From: a virus
IMG/VR virus record: IMGVR_UViG_3300025141_013863
Coordinates: 26,333 to 90,332 of that record
Direction: 5' to 3' (one strand)
Length of the DNA stretch: 64,000 bases
Below the pieces are notes generated by a model. The model was not told the origin of the DNA, searched no databases, and saw only the letters and a list, made by a program, of their open reading frames with translations. Position 1 is the stretch's first letter. Each line of letters starts with the position of its first letter. This document shows positions 29,546 through 40,370 of the stretch, one piece after another. Position numbers and translations under genes: made by a program.

Positions 29546-32016
29546 AAGATCTTATGTCGGGAAAATTCCCGACGCCCTTTATTGAAAGAGTGTACGTTCA
29601 AAGTCAGCAGACTAATGATTATGAAGATAATACTTCGGATGGCTTACAGGTTGACATAGCGATTTATCTACCCGAGATTGATGGCGCCGAACCAACAGAA
29701 CAAAGAGAAGCTATAAATGATCTGATTTTTTATGCTGTTTATATTGTTGGTGATCCATCAATTACTGCAATCAGCAGAAGAGAAGAGTCTATCTTCGAAC
29801 ATATGAAAAAAATGTATATGTCTGACGCATCTTTTGCCAATAATGCAATGTCAGATATTAAAGCAAACCCTAGCTATCACGATAATCTTATAGCTTATGG
29901 CTACGGAGTATCTACTGAGGCATCTTATACTAATGCAACCTATGCAGAAGATACCAATTCCTCGTCATTGCGCGCCTATTGCAAAACCAACTATAATGCA
30001 ATAACATTTGATGAGTTTAGTGACGAGGGAGAGCTAGTAATTGTTGAAGAGACAGAACGATTTTATAAATATATAGCCTCAATCAGTATCCCTATGATTG
30101 GTGATTATACCTTATTTGACGACTTGATGGATGCTGCTTATCAATCAGACGACAGAAAGGTTGATTATAAAAGCATCAATGTTTATGCATTTAGTTCAAC
30201 AATAGAACATGATTTGGAGAGTGTTGATGTCTTTTCTATTGTAAATGAAAATAAAAATCTCATCAATAAGAGGCACTCAGGTTTAGCATATGAGCAGGTT
30301 TTTGACGACGGCTCGATCACTTCCGAGCCGCGTCTGAGGTGGTTTTTGGCCGACACACTTTGGGACGGCATTCCAATGATCGCGACAGACGGCACGACAC
30401 GAGAGTACTCAGATTTCGATCGAGAACGAATTGTAGAGGCAATATATACGATTATGCCACAAGATCCGGTCACGGAAGAGGGGCAAGAAATTTTAGAGAA
30501 TTTGATGTATTTGGTTGAGGCTGACGCATATGAGCCTACTTTTTTAACAAGATTAAATGAGTATAGAAGAGCTTTCCCTTACAAAGAAGATGCTTTCTAT
30601 ACAAAGCTTACAGAATTAGTAGCTAATGAAAATAATGTTTTATCGGATTCCAGCCCACTACAAAAAAAATTAATTAGAAATTTTAAAGTAATCGACGCAA
30701 GACAGGTGGAGTTTGAAGTAAGTTATGATTATCCGGATGTAGAGGAGTTTGCGGCCGGCACTTATTTAGCTGGTGATGATGAAACTATGGATTCTGAAAG
30801 GATATATGAAAACTCTATAGAGTATTTTACTAGATACGCATATTCATCCGCCGTTGTCAGCGGTACTGATCTCCCTGATTATGAAGATGCAGAAGATATG
30901 TTTTTAAGTTATGGATTTATATTCTTTGATTTTGAAAAAGCGGTTAGATATGATACTGCCTTAGCTGGTGTTTTTAACATACAGTCCCTGGAAGCTTGGT
31001 TTGGCAAGTCTCTTATAAACGCATCATTAAGATTTGATTATACAAGATTGCGAAGATTTTATGATGGAGGTAAAATTCGAACAATAGAGACCCATTATGA
31101 TACACATTCTCCAAGTTATCCGTTTCCGCTTTATACAGCATATAGCACGACAATCGTCGGTGGCTACACTGGTGATCCTGGAGAAGTAGAAGTTTATCCT
31201 GGGGCGAATTCTGATGGTACCCAGGGCTTCGGAGACTATTCATATTGTATGTTGGCGCCATTTTCTGTGCCGGGAATGTCTCTCGGCGCCGCAACAACTG
31301 ACTATCGATTGGCGTGTTTTGCCTTCCAAGATTACTATGATTTAGATTCGACATCGGATGCAACAGTGACTGAATATTCAAATAGCGACACAATGACTAG
31401 CACTAGTGGTGACGATATGTCTATAGAGTCATATGACTTTCAAATAGTTACGGAAGATAAAAGTGCAGACGTTCTTATGGCTATTACTGGTTCGTACTAC
31501 ACAGCAGTTTATGAAGAGTTTCAAGCTTATTATGATTATGCTAATGAATATTGTAGCTATAACGATGTTGAAGGCTATTTTAATGAATTTTTTGTAAATG
31601 CTATGGATGAAATTTATCCTGACGATAGCGCAAAGCCGTGGATGCGGATGCCTGTAATTTATAATGTGCATCAAGATATTCTATATTCTGAATTTGGAGG
31701 AGATTCAGAGAAGCTGTTAGACACTGCCCAAAGCATTTCTGATAGAATCGGACCGTATACAGGAAATTTAGTACAGCTAGAGACGTTTAAAGATCAAATA
31801 GAGGCACTATGGACGCAATTTTATTCAGATGGTGGTCTTGTTGAAACAGCCATAGAGTCTATGATTGAGTCCAGAGGCGCCACTACTATATGGTATAATC
31901 AAGAATGGAAAAGTCTTCCAGAAATAATATATTCTGGCGATGGATCCACTTGGCTTCCTGAAACCGCCAAGGATTATGGCGCGGACACCGGCGATGACGG
32001 CGAGGAAAGTTCATAG
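29530..32016 (+). CDS. Acidic hypothetical protein, probably structural
   Basis: 828-aa D/E/Y-rich ORF within the tail operon. Confidence 0.5.
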   Translation: MPRAIEDLMSGKFPTPFIERVYVQSQQTNDYEDNTSDGLQVDIAIYLPEIDGAEPTEQREAINDLIFYAVYIVGDPSITAISRREESIFEHMKKMYMSDASFANNAMSDIKANPSYHDNLIAYGYGVSTEASYTNATYAEDTNSSSLRAYCKTNYNAITFDEFSDEGELVIVEETERFYKYIASISIPMIGDYTLFDDLMDAAYQSDDRKVDYKSINVYAFSSTIEHDLESVDVFSIVNENKNLINKRHSGLAYEQVFDDGSITSEPRLRWFLADTLWDGIPMIATDGTTREYSDFDRERIVEAIYTIMPQDPVTEEGQEILENLMYLVEADAYEPTFLTRLNEYRRAFPYKEDAFYTKLTELVANENNVLSDSSPLQKKLIRNFKVIDARQVEFEVSYDYPDVEEFAAGTYLAGDDETMDSERIYENSIEYFTRYAYSSAVVSGTDLPDYEDAEDMFLSYGFIFFDFEKAVRYDTALAGVFNIQSLEAWFGKSLINASLRFDYTRLRRFYDGGKIRTIETHYDTHSPSYPFPLYTAYSTTIVGGYTGDPGEVEVYPGANSDGTQGFGDYSYCMLAPFSVPGMSLGAATTDYRLACFAFQDYYDLDSTSDATVTEYSNSDTMTSTSGDDMSIESYDFQIVTEDKSADVLMAITGSYYTAVYEEFQAYYDYANEYCSYNDVEGYFNEFFVNAMDEIYPDDSAKPWMRMPVIYNVHQDILYSEFGGDSEKLLDTAQSISDRIGPYTGNLVQLETFKDQIEALWTQFYSDGGLVETAIESMIESRGATTIWYNQEWKSLPEIIYSGDGSTWLPETAKDYGADTGDDGEESS

Positions 32017-32058
32017 AATTTAACATGAAGATAAATAAAAACAAGGAGAACAAAATAA

Positions 32059-32610
32059 ATGCCATCATTTAAACTTAAAAAATCAAGCGCTTCAAGCATT
32101 GTTTCCGGTATATCGGCAGGAAGCAGTGTTGCGATTATAAGAGGTCAGCTGGTAACATCTGATAGCGCCGACGCTAGCAATTTGCTGGCGATACAAGGCG
32201 CCTATAAAAAAATGAATTCAAATGGAATAATTACCGTACAATCTCCAACTACTTCTGATAATGATAGCGCGCTAGGCGTGTTGGGGGCTTTAGGGTGCTC
32301 TGTGTGCTCCATGTCAACAGAAATGTCTCTCTTGCCCTCTCAAACTGATACAGACATTGTAGAAAATGAAAATATTTTTGACAAATCTGTTCTCAAGCTT
32401 ACTCCGGATAATGTTTCAGCAACTGATAAGTTTCCTAATTCCGATAGTGATCCGTTTTTTACATTGGACGATGCGCCACCCAGAACCCTTAGAGACAAGA
32501 TTAGTCGAACAACGTCCTATGAGACAACTTCCGATGTTATACAAATAACAGCAGATCTGGTATCATTAAATATATCCAGAGAAGATAGCACATTAAAACA
32601 ATTTGGATAA
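32059..32610 (+). CDS. Hypothetical protein
   Basis: AAGGAG RBS, 183 aa, Ser-rich. Confidence 0.5.
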   Translation: MPSFKLKKSSASSIVSGISAGSSVAIIRGQLVTSDSADASNLLAIQGAYKKMNSNGIITVQSPTTSDNDSALGVLGALGCSVCSMSTEMSLLPSQTDTDIVENENIFDKSVLKLTPDNVSATDKFPNSDSDPFFTLDDAPPRTLRDKISRTTSYETTSDVIQITADLVSLNISREDSTLKQFG

Positions 32611-32634
32611 TATTTATTAAATATGGAGTAAAAC

Positions 32635-33063
32635 ATGGCCACCGGCTTTCCTCAAACATATATGATCACACCAGTAACAGGATCGAGCGATTATGATTCA
32701 GATACTGAGCTATTAACATCTTTTTCTCCAGCTCACTTTGGCCCACTTGAAGAAGAAGAAGACGCCGGCGCCGAGGAGCTTGCAGATCTTCCGTCTTATT
32801 CATTTTGCCTTATACAGGCGGTCAACTATACTGATGCTGGTTTTTATGAATACATGAATTATGCCGCGTACACTGACGATGATATAATTGAGTCATTCAA
32901 ATTTGTGGAGTTGTCAGAGGCGCCATATAGTCCGTATGATCCAGAACTTCCAGGAGATGCGGAAGTTGACGAGGTAGACACTGAAGAAGATGAATCAGAA
33001 GAAATGGGAACAGAGGAAGAAGAGGAATATGCATCTGGGGGCGATGGCGAAGGCTACTCGTAG
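32635..33063 (+). CDS. Very acidic hypothetical protein
   Basis: GGAG RBS; poly-E/D C-terminus. Confidence 0.5.
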   Translation: MATGFPQTYMITPVTGSSDYDSDTELLTSFSPAHFGPLEEEEDAGAEELADLPSYSFCLIQAVNYTDAGFYEYMNYAAYTDDDIIESFKFVELSEAPYSPYDPELPGDAEVDEVDTEEDESEEMGTEEEEEYASGGDGEGYS

Positions 33064-33071
33064 GAATTCGT

Positions 33072-33698
33072 ATGAAGGCAAAAAAATTTGAATATGTTAA
33101 GGGAAACACCAAAACCAATATTCCGTGGTTTAGGCCGGATCCGCACCAGTTAAATCTCTGGAAAGAACAATTTTTCAAAATAGAGGGCGTCGAACACTAC
33201 AAATACTGGATCTGCGGAGGGGTTTTGGAAAACTGGAAAACATGGGATATAGATATTTTAGTAACAGGAAAAGTAAATTCATACAAAGAATTACAAAATA
33301 TTTTATCTAGTGCCACACAGATTGGTTTTGATTATAGACAACTTGTCGATATTAATTGGAACGATTCGTATGAGAAATTTTTAAGCAAAGGTCCGTGCCT
33401 TAGAAGAAGTATTTGTTGTGAACATTACTATGAAAACGATACTTGTGAATTGCAACATTGCCTCACGCCCCACACATTTGAATCAATAACTATAGCGTCG
33501 GAAATAATTAAAAATGAAAAAAAGGTTTCAAACAGGAAATTAGGATCTTCAAAAATATTTGATTCCCTGTGGAGAACTAAATTAACTCTTCCATCAAAAA
33601 AACAACACGAAAGAATTAAAAAAGGCATTATTTATAAGAGCAGGCCTGTTTTACTCACAAAAAATTTAGATTTTAAAGATATTATAGACTGGCCATAA
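33072..33698 (+). CDS. Putative Pol-beta-superfamily nucleotidyltransferase
   Basis: ICGGVLENWKTWDIDIL fits hG[GS]...DxD; Lys-rich, unlike its neighbours. Confidence 0.5.
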   Translation: MKAKKFEYVKGNTKTNIPWFRPDPHQLNLWKEQFFKIEGVEHYKYWICGGVLENWKTWDIDILVTGKVNSYKELQNILSSATQIGFDYRQLVDINWNDSYEKFLSKGPCLRRSICCEHYYENDTCELQHCLTPHTFESITIASEIIKNEKKVSNRKLGSSKIFDSLWRTKLTLPSKKQHERIKKGIIYKSRPVLLTKNLDFKDIIDWP

Positions 33699-33712
33699 AG
33701 GAGATTTAAAAA

Positions 33713-34147
33713 ATGTCATACGTATATTATTCACATTTTGGCGCCAAAGAATCCGGCACCGGTACTACCACTTTTACTTGGTACATTGGCGGCACCAAAG
33801 ATTACGGAACTACGGCAAACACCGACACCACCTATGCTCTTGGTCCAGACAGCCAGAGTGACACTTGGTCTAGCAAAAAATCAATGACACGAAAACTACA
33901 AAATCAATTTGGCAATCATTCAAGTTCTGAAAATGCATTCGAGGATATCCAATCTATAATTAGCGATGGTATTGACGACTTGGTAGGTCAAATGGAACCA
34001 AACACGCAGGAGGCCACTGACTATATGTCTGTTATCGATTTTGGAGGCACGCTTGAAACCTTTACTACCGCCTTTGAGACCACAGAAACACAAGTAGGCG
34101 TTGAACTAGAAACAACCACGGTAACCGTATCGGAGACATCCTACTAA
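33713..34147 (+). CDS. Thr-rich hypothetical protein
   Basis: AAGGAG RBS, 144 aa. Confidence 0.5.
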   Translation: MSYVYYSHFGAKESGTGTTTFTWYIGGTKDYGTTANTDTTYALGPDSQSDTWSSKKSMTRKLQNQFGNHSSSENAFEDIQSIISDGIDDLVGQMEPNTQEATDYMSVIDFGGTLETFTTAFETTETQVGVELETTTVTVSETSY

Positions 34148-36819
34148 TGGCATCAGTTTCTGTTGAATATGTTGATACCAATTTGATATCAGGTTCTGAA
34201 CCGTTGCGAACGCAACTGGAGCAATCTTGGGAATATGTAAGTTCTTCTGAGGGCGTTACTTTAAGTTTTAATGGAAATGTTGATTATGACGGCGGAATAA
34301 CCTATTACTTAAAAGAGGTTCTTACTGATTACGAACAAGTAGCCGAAATGTCAGAAGACGCCATAATACCAAATTACAAAATACCGGTTCGAATTCGCGG
34401 CAATGAAGATCTCATATTAAATGATAATATGTGGAAGTCTTATTTGCTGGGATACTCCTATGGAACAGCGTCTTTCGCTGCGGCTTATAATACCAACGTA
34501 AATGATGATTATTATATTTCATTTAATATGCCTTATGATAATTATGCGGCCAGAGTGTTATCTGAGCTTGACGGAGATAGCTATGAATCTATAAGAGTTC
34601 AGCCAGTTTATAATTATTATATAAAAGAATATCAAGAAGCTATCGCATCCGATGCTGACTATTTAATTCCAAATATATATCTTTATCAAATAGCAGCAGA
34701 TGCAGAGTCCACTGGCCAAAATTTCGATGAAGATATGATGGCTTACCTTACATTAGATGGCGAATTGGGTAATATTATGGGATATTCAACCGACTCCAAT
34801 GTGCTTAGTTCCCTACTTTCGCCAACTGCACACCAGATGCTGCCCCCAGCGGAATCGTTATATGAAGGTTCTGATCTTGATGGCGACTCCACCGATGATA
34901 TTATGCTTGATAGAAATTATGATCTTCGACGTTTTTTAAGCTCATCTTATCCAAACCGTACACTCTCTGCATCCTCAGCCGCTAGCGCTTTCGTTGCATC
35001 GCAACATCTTATTTTTGATCATGAGTCAGCCGGCACGCTATTGAACTCAACCTCTAAAGTTCATACTGACGCCGGCCTCTGGCCATATTATACTGAAATA
35101 GAAATGCCTTTGGGTCGTTCTGGGGGAACAACATTTAGAGATATACTTAAGACCCGAAAATATGTTGAAAGATTTATGTTAGATCTTCAATATTTTACAG
35201 ATGATCGCGTTTCGAAAGAAGGGCACAATATAGTAGCAAACTATTCGTACAATTCAGGCTCAGAGGCCTCCGATATAGTTTCATCTTTAAAAAACTCTGC
35301 AGTTGAAACACACCAATCAATAGATTTTTTGGATTTTTTATATTCATCATATAATAATATTGGCAACCGCAGCTTCGGACAGGGGGCCTTTTACGCAAAA
35401 CCTCTTACTTATGATTCGAAAGCCTCGCAGGCCATAGATGCTCCTTACATATACTATAACATTGGAAAGAATTTAAAAGTAGTTGATGATGTGATATCCT
35501 ATTTAGAGAGCAATCCACCATCAATTGAAAGCATTGAGGATTTATATGATCTGGCCTCATCGTCTAAATATTATGAAGTCTTAGCATATCGAATTGAAAA
35601 AGCTGCACCCAATGGTGAGAATATACAAAACTTTTGGATTTTTAATGCCACCGGCCTGGAAGATACAATAACACTTTATGATTCACAGCTGAGATACGGC
35701 GCCGATTATGTATATAATATTTATATGTATAAATTAATACACGGCATTAGATATAGTCTTTCTGATTTGGTATACACAAAACAAATAGCCCAGCCAGCCA
35801 CATTATCAGACGATACGACAGCCTATTGTTTGCAGTTTTTAAGTGCTGAAACTGGAGAGTTAGCTCAGCCGCTTTATGGTGTTACAGCTGAAGAAGAGAC
35901 GGAAGAAGAGGAAGAAGAGGAAACTTCAACGGATTTAGCAGATTATCTGGGTGATTCGATTTTTAGAGATGCATCAGATCCCTATTTGGCTGATTTTATG
36001 TTAAATTATGAACCGTCATTAAAACTAGTTGAAATTGCGCTGGGCTCAAAAACAATTAGAATTTTAGATCATCCAGCCCCCTCCTTAGACGTATCTTCAT
36101 ATCAGATGCTAGATGATTCTGGAGTAATTGGGTTTTCGATAAACGTAGAAGCATTCGCAAAAACGAAACTGCCAACTCCATTAACGACAGGCGATATGCA
36201 ATATAACAGTAATTACAGATACCATAATGATTTATTAGAAGACGAAAAAGTTACAATGCCCGCTCGATCGCCAACACGTACAATCGAAGTATTTAGACTA
36301 GCGACGAGACCAACCGCGATCGCAGACTTTGGCGAATCGCCATTTAAAACATACGATCTCACAATACAAAATGAAAAGGGCACAAGAGCGGTAGTACAGT
36401 GTCATGATAAAATCTCCACAAATACAAAATATTATTATATGTTTAGAGTATTAAATGAATTTGGTATAGCTGGCCCATTGACTGAAATTTATGAAGTTGA
36501 GCTGGTTAGCGATGGCGGTTATAATTATATGATAACAGAAATTCTTTTTGAAGAGGATCTGGACACAGCCACATATACTAACCCAACAAAATCATTTGGT
36601 AAAATTTTTCAAATTATGCCCCACGCGAGTCAGCTGACTTTAGTGGACTCAGATGTTGACTATGCCGAGCCGTCTTACACACAGATTGATAATTTAGAAG
36701 TAGGAAATGCAGATTTAGAAGATAAAATATGGGGCAAAACATTTAAACTTCGCCTTACATCAAAGAAAACTGGTAAAAAAATTGATTTAAATATTACTTA
36801 TAATGTAAGCAGCGGATAA
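34147..36819 (+). CDS. Acidic putative structural protein
   Basis: 890-aa ORF coupled by TAATG; beta-sandwich-like C-terminal half. Confidence 0.55.
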   Translation: MASVSVEYVDTNLISGSEPLRTQLEQSWEYVSSSEGVTLSFNGNVDYDGGITYYLKEVLTDYEQVAEMSEDAIIPNYKIPVRIRGNEDLILNDNMWKSYLLGYSYGTASFAAAYNTNVNDDYYISFNMPYDNYAARVLSELDGDSYESIRVQPVYNYYIKEYQEAIASDADYLIPNIYLYQIAADAESTGQNFDEDMMAYLTLDGELGNIMGYSTDSNVLSSLLSPTAHQMLPPAESLYEGSDLDGDSTDDIMLDRNYDLRRFLSSSYPNRTLSASSAASAFVASQHLIFDHESAGTLLNSTSKVHTDAGLWPYYTEIEMPLGRSGGTTFRDILKTRKYVERFMLDLQYFTDDRVSKEGHNIVANYSYNSGSEASDIVSSLKNSAVETHQSIDFLDFLYSSYNNIGNRSFGQGAFYAKPLTYDSKASQAIDAPYIYYNIGKNLKVVDDVISYLESNPPSIESIEDLYDLASSSKYYEVLAYRIEKAAPNGENIQNFWIFNATGLEDTITLYDSQLRYGADYVYNIYMYKLIHGIRYSLSDLVYTKQIAQPATLSDDTTAYCLQFLSAETGELAQPLYGVTAEEETEEEEEEETSTDLADYLGDSIFRDASDPYLADFMLNYEPSLKLVEIALGSKTIRILDHPAPSLDVSSYQMLDDSGVIGFSINVEAFAKTKLPTPLTTGDMQYNSNYRYHNDLLEDEKVTMPARSPTRTIEVFRLATRPTAIADFGESPFKTYDLTIQNEKGTRAVVQCHDKISTNTKYYYMFRVLNEFGIAGPLTEIYEVELVSDGGYNYMITEILFEEDLDTATYTNPTKSFGKIFQIMPHASQLTLVDSDVDYAEPSYTQIDNLEVGNADLEDKIWGKTFKLRLTSKKTGKKIDLNITYNVSSG

Positions 36820-36832
36820 ACCAAAATTACTA

Positions 36833-36842
36833 ACTATTTATA
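36833..36842 (+). promoter_or_regulatory. Candidate late promoter motif ACTATTTATA
   Basis: Intergenic, directly before AGGAG and ATG 36860; the identical decamer occurs at 60991. Confidence 0.5.
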
Positions 36843-36859
36843 GGAGAGAGAATAATTAA

Positions 36860-37855
36860 ATGGCATTTTTAGATAACTCTGGCGACATTATTTTAGACGC
36901 CGTATTAACAGATGTTGGAAGAAAGAGATTAGCGCAAGGAAACTTTAAGATTACTAAGTTTGCTTTAGGCGACGATGAGATCGATTATACTTTGTTTAAT
37001 AGAGATCATTCTAGTGGTTCCGCATATTTTGACTTGCAAATTATGCAAACACCGATCTTTGAGGCTTTCACCCAGACGAATGCAAATATTAATTATGGGC
37101 TTACGTCACACACAAGAACAGATTTGCTTTATCTGCCAATTTTAAAAGCAAATGAGCTGGTCAGCACAGCTGCAAAAGTAACTTCAAGCGTTTACTATGT
37201 TGCAGCTAATTCAGAAACAGCAACCAAATTAAAGACTGCGTTCAGCAGCTCTAATTATGTTCTAGAATCGAGTCAAGTTTCTGATACTGCGATTTATGTT
37301 GAATCCGGCCTTGATACTACAAACTTAACTAGCGATTCATCAAACCGATCTAGCTATATTGTTAATACAAACTTGCTTGATTCTGCTTATACAATATACG
37401 CTGATAGTCGATTTGTTGCAGGGCTGTTGACTGCGCCGAGAGCGGGTTATTTCCGAAATGGAACAGACGGAACATCAAAAATTAGTATGACGCCGCTGGG
37501 GACCACTACGGCTACCTCAGCGACAGCAGTTTTAGACAACTATAATACATATAGTGCCATTGGGGTTTCCAACGAGGTGACATATAATTCGCTCGTTGAT
37601 GCTACTACGATCTCTGCGATATCGGGCCCTAGAGGATCCGCAACTGCTTTAAATATTGTAGTTGATAGCGAGATGACATCAACTTCTACGGGCGCCCGAT
37701 CTATTAAGTACGATAAATACGGCACCTATGATCAAAAGATATTCGGCGGCAGCGATAAATTTGATTATCTTGATACGACTATATATGTTCAAGGATCGGT
37801 GACATCCGCTCGACTACAATTACCAGTCAGAATTATTAGATACGCAGGCACGTAG
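36860..37855 (+). CDS. Putative tail/collar structural protein
   Basis: DAVLTDVGRKRLAQGNFKITKFALGDDEIDY, reminiscent of tail-collar-fibre N-termini. Confidence 0.6.
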   Translation: MAFLDNSGDIILDAVLTDVGRKRLAQGNFKITKFALGDDEIDYTLFNRDHSSGSAYFDLQIMQTPIFEAFTQTNANINYGLTSHTRTDLLYLPILKANELVSTAAKVTSSVYYVAANSETATKLKTAFSSSNYVLESSQVSDTAIYVESGLDTTNLTSDSSNRSSYIVNTNLLDSAYTIYADSRFVAGLLTAPRAGYFRNGTDGTSKISMTPLGTTTATSATAVLDNYNTYSAIGVSNEVTYNSLVDATTISAISGPRGSATALNIVVDSEMTSTSTGARSIKYDKYGTYDQKIFGGSDKFDYLDTTIYVQGSVTSARLQLPVRIIRYAGT

Positions 37856-37872
37856 AATATCGGAGAAAATAA

Positions 37873-39027
37873 ATGCCAGTAATTAATTACGAAACATTAG
37901 ATACAAACACAGATGTAACTACCACGAGGACGCTTCTTCATGAATCGATCCCTCTTACGGGCGCAATCATAAGCGGTGGCGCCGGTGATGGAGCATTAGC
38001 AACTTATAACAATGAAAATATTAAAAACTATACTCATGGAATGTTCCAGAGTGTTTATGATTATCCTTATTTAAGTTCTTCTGCTAACCATATTTTTGAT
38101 ATTACTATCGGATATGATGAAAGCTCCGCCTTTTCTTCATCTGCCAATAGTCAAAATAGTAAAAAGATTAATCTTTATAACCAATTTTCCCAGGTTCTTT
38201 TGGGCTTCACTGGCTCAAATAATACTGTTAGATTGTTTGAAAGCGATTTGACGCTTGATCAAACAGGCTCTATGAAGTCTTGCTTCTTCTTAAGTTTTTC
38301 TCGACTGCTTGTAAAAGACCAGATTAAGAAAGGTTCTTTTACTATTAAGATTGGTACCGGATCTTGGGGCCAACCTTGGCCAACCGGATCCTCCAACGCC
38401 CCAAGCGGCATATTAACACTGCAGGATCTTTCTGCGTCTACAAACGGACAAGGAACAACTAGTGTTCCGGGTGGTGATTTTGGAATTTTATACGACACTA
38501 CGGCCAGTCTAACTACTCGCGGGCTTGGTGTGATCTTTTATCAGGCCGGCATAATTGTTCTTACTTCGTCTATCTTTGATGACATGGCAGCAGAGACAGA
38601 CAATCATCCAGGTATTTCTTCCGCCGGTACACATGGTCACTATTTCTTTAGTGGTTCTCCCGGAGACGGAGAGCCCCACGTAAGAAGCGTTTCTGGTGCA
38701 TTTACTGGTTCTGTTATTTCTGCATCGTGTGACGCATTAAGGCATAGAATTTATGATATCTCTTTTAATAATACCACAGAGATTAACTCAACAATTTATT
38801 TCTGCAGGGTGCCGCATAACAAGTATAACTATAGTTCTAACCCAACATACTTATCCGGAAGCCAGATTAGAGTTAAGTCTGTCGCATCTGATGAGCCGGT
38901 AGCTTATCTTACCACTATTGGGCTGTATAATTCTAGTAATGAATTATTGGCAACAGCTAAACTATCAGAGCCTCTGAAGAAAACTCCAACAAATGAGATT
39001 ACGTTACGTGTTAGATTAGATTTCTAA
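37873..39027 (+). CDS. Putative tail structural protein
   Basis: C-terminal YLTTIGLYNSSNELLATAKLSEPLKK...RVRLDF, paralogous to the next gene. Confidence 0.6.
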   Translation: MPVINYETLDTNTDVTTTRTLLHESIPLTGAIISGGAGDGALATYNNENIKNYTHGMFQSVYDYPYLSSSANHIFDITIGYDESSAFSSSANSQNSKKINLYNQFSQVLLGFTGSNNTVRLFESDLTLDQTGSMKSCFFLSFSRLLVKDQIKKGSFTIKIGTGSWGQPWPTGSSNAPSGILTLQDLSASTNGQGTTSVPGGDFGILYDTTASLTTRGLGVIFYQAGIIVLTSSIFDDMAAETDNHPGISSAGTHGHYFFSGSPGDGEPHVRSVSGAFTGSVISASCDALRHRIYDISFNNTTEINSTIYFCRVPHNKYNYSSNPTYLSGSQIRVKSVASDEPVAYLTTIGLYNSSNELLATAKLSEPLKKTPTNEITLRVRLDF

Positions 39028-39029
39028 AA

Positions 39030-40358
39030 ATGTCAATAAAAAAGTTCAAGCCTAAAGATATTCTTTTGAACACAATGAAAGCTCACCCTCGTTGTGAGTT
39101 TTTCATTTTTGATAGCAAGATATATTATAACAATATTCCTGAACAATCCGGAGCATTTAGTGCAAATGTTAGAAATGTACAACCAGGACATATTAGCCTA
39201 TATGAATATAACATAGATAAGATAACGGGGTCTAGTGATTCTGATTCCCCCTCTGGAGATAACCCATTTATCTATCCTTTTATTACAAAGGACACAGCAG
39301 GGGCTAGCTTCCGATCTGTAACCTCTTCGGGCGGCCTTAACGAGTGGACCACAGCAAGCGTTGGAGATATTTTATACGGCAGTTATCCGATGTCTGCCTC
39401 TATTAGTCGAGAATATATGAACAAAGCAGGCGATAGAAATATGGGAACAAAGCCCACCGGAGAAAGTTCGCCTTTTTCTCACGGCACTAAGAGGTGGGAA
39501 GATTCTCCAAAATATCGTCATTATTGGGCACTAAGAAATAGATTAAATTTTTATGGCATCAGGAGTAAACACTATGTTGTTTCTTCGTCCCTAGAGGATG
39601 GATTTAATGTAGATGATGCCATTGGGTGGGACAAAGATAATCAAAAAATAGGAATGATTTCAATCCCATCTATCTTTTTTGGATCAAAGATTAGGCCTGG
39701 AAGCTTATCTCTTAAGTGGTATTTTACTGGATCGTTGTGTGGAGAGCTGAGAGATACCAAAAGAAACGGGGAACTGATACAGGTTTCCGGCGGCGTGCAC
39801 GCCGATTCATATAATGATAAGGTCGCCGGCGTGGTGCTTTATGACGAAGGGTTTATTCTTCTCACGGGCTCCTGGCCCCTGCAGCCAGAAGCGATTAAGA
39901 TGAAAACAGACGGCCTCAACGCTAAACCGCAGTGGCAGTTTTTCGGCGCCGGCGCAGGCGACGGAGTTAATACAACCTCGGCAGGCTCCACTTTCGTATC
40001 CTGTTCGTTTAATTTATCTTTCGAAGGCACAACCGAAACACAGGTTATGACGATGTTTGCTCACGCCAGAAGAGGTGAAGCAAACTATTCTAACAATCCA
40101 ACATTCTTATTGTACGGACAAGAACAATTAAGAATCACTTCTTCGCAAATTTATGAAGAGAGTTCTGATAGATTATTGGCGAATGTGGTATCATCAAGTT
40201 TTATGAACCACTCCGCCTCTTTTAAACGCCAAGTGTATATTTCTAAGGTTGCTATATATGATGATAAGAAGAATTTAATTGGTATTGCCACTATGGCAAA
40301 CCCTGTATTAAAGCAAGAAGATCAAGATTATACATTTAAATTGCGGCTTGACATATAG
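39030..40358 (+). CDS. Putative tail structural protein (paralog of 37873..39027)
   Basis: NYSNNPT and YISKVAIYDDKKNLIGIATMANPVLK...KLRLDI. Confidence 0.6.
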   Translation: MSIKKFKPKDILLNTMKAHPRCEFFIFDSKIYYNNIPEQSGAFSANVRNVQPGHISLYEYNIDKITGSSDSDSPSGDNPFIYPFITKDTAGASFRSVTSSGGLNEWTTASVGDILYGSYPMSASISREYMNKAGDRNMGTKPTGESSPFSHGTKRWEDSPKYRHYWALRNRLNFYGIRSKHYVVSSSLEDGFNVDDAIGWDKDNQKIGMISIPSIFFGSKIRPGSLSLKWYFTGSLCGELRDTKRNGELIQVSGGVHADSYNDKVAGVVLYDEGFILLTGSWPLQPEAIKMKTDGLNAKPQWQFFGAGAGDGVNTTSAGSTFVSCSFNLSFEGTTETQVMTMFAHARRGEANYSNNPTFLLYGQEQLRITSSQIYEESSDRLLANVVSSSFMNHSASFKRQVYISKVAIYDDKKNLIGIATMANPVLKQEDQDYTFKLRLDI

Positions 40359-40370
40359 TATAATAATAAC

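Noticed and set aside
40348-40364. TTGACA and TATAAT upstream of the RuvC-like gene
   Set aside because: The spacer is only 5 bp, incompatible with a sigma70 promoter.
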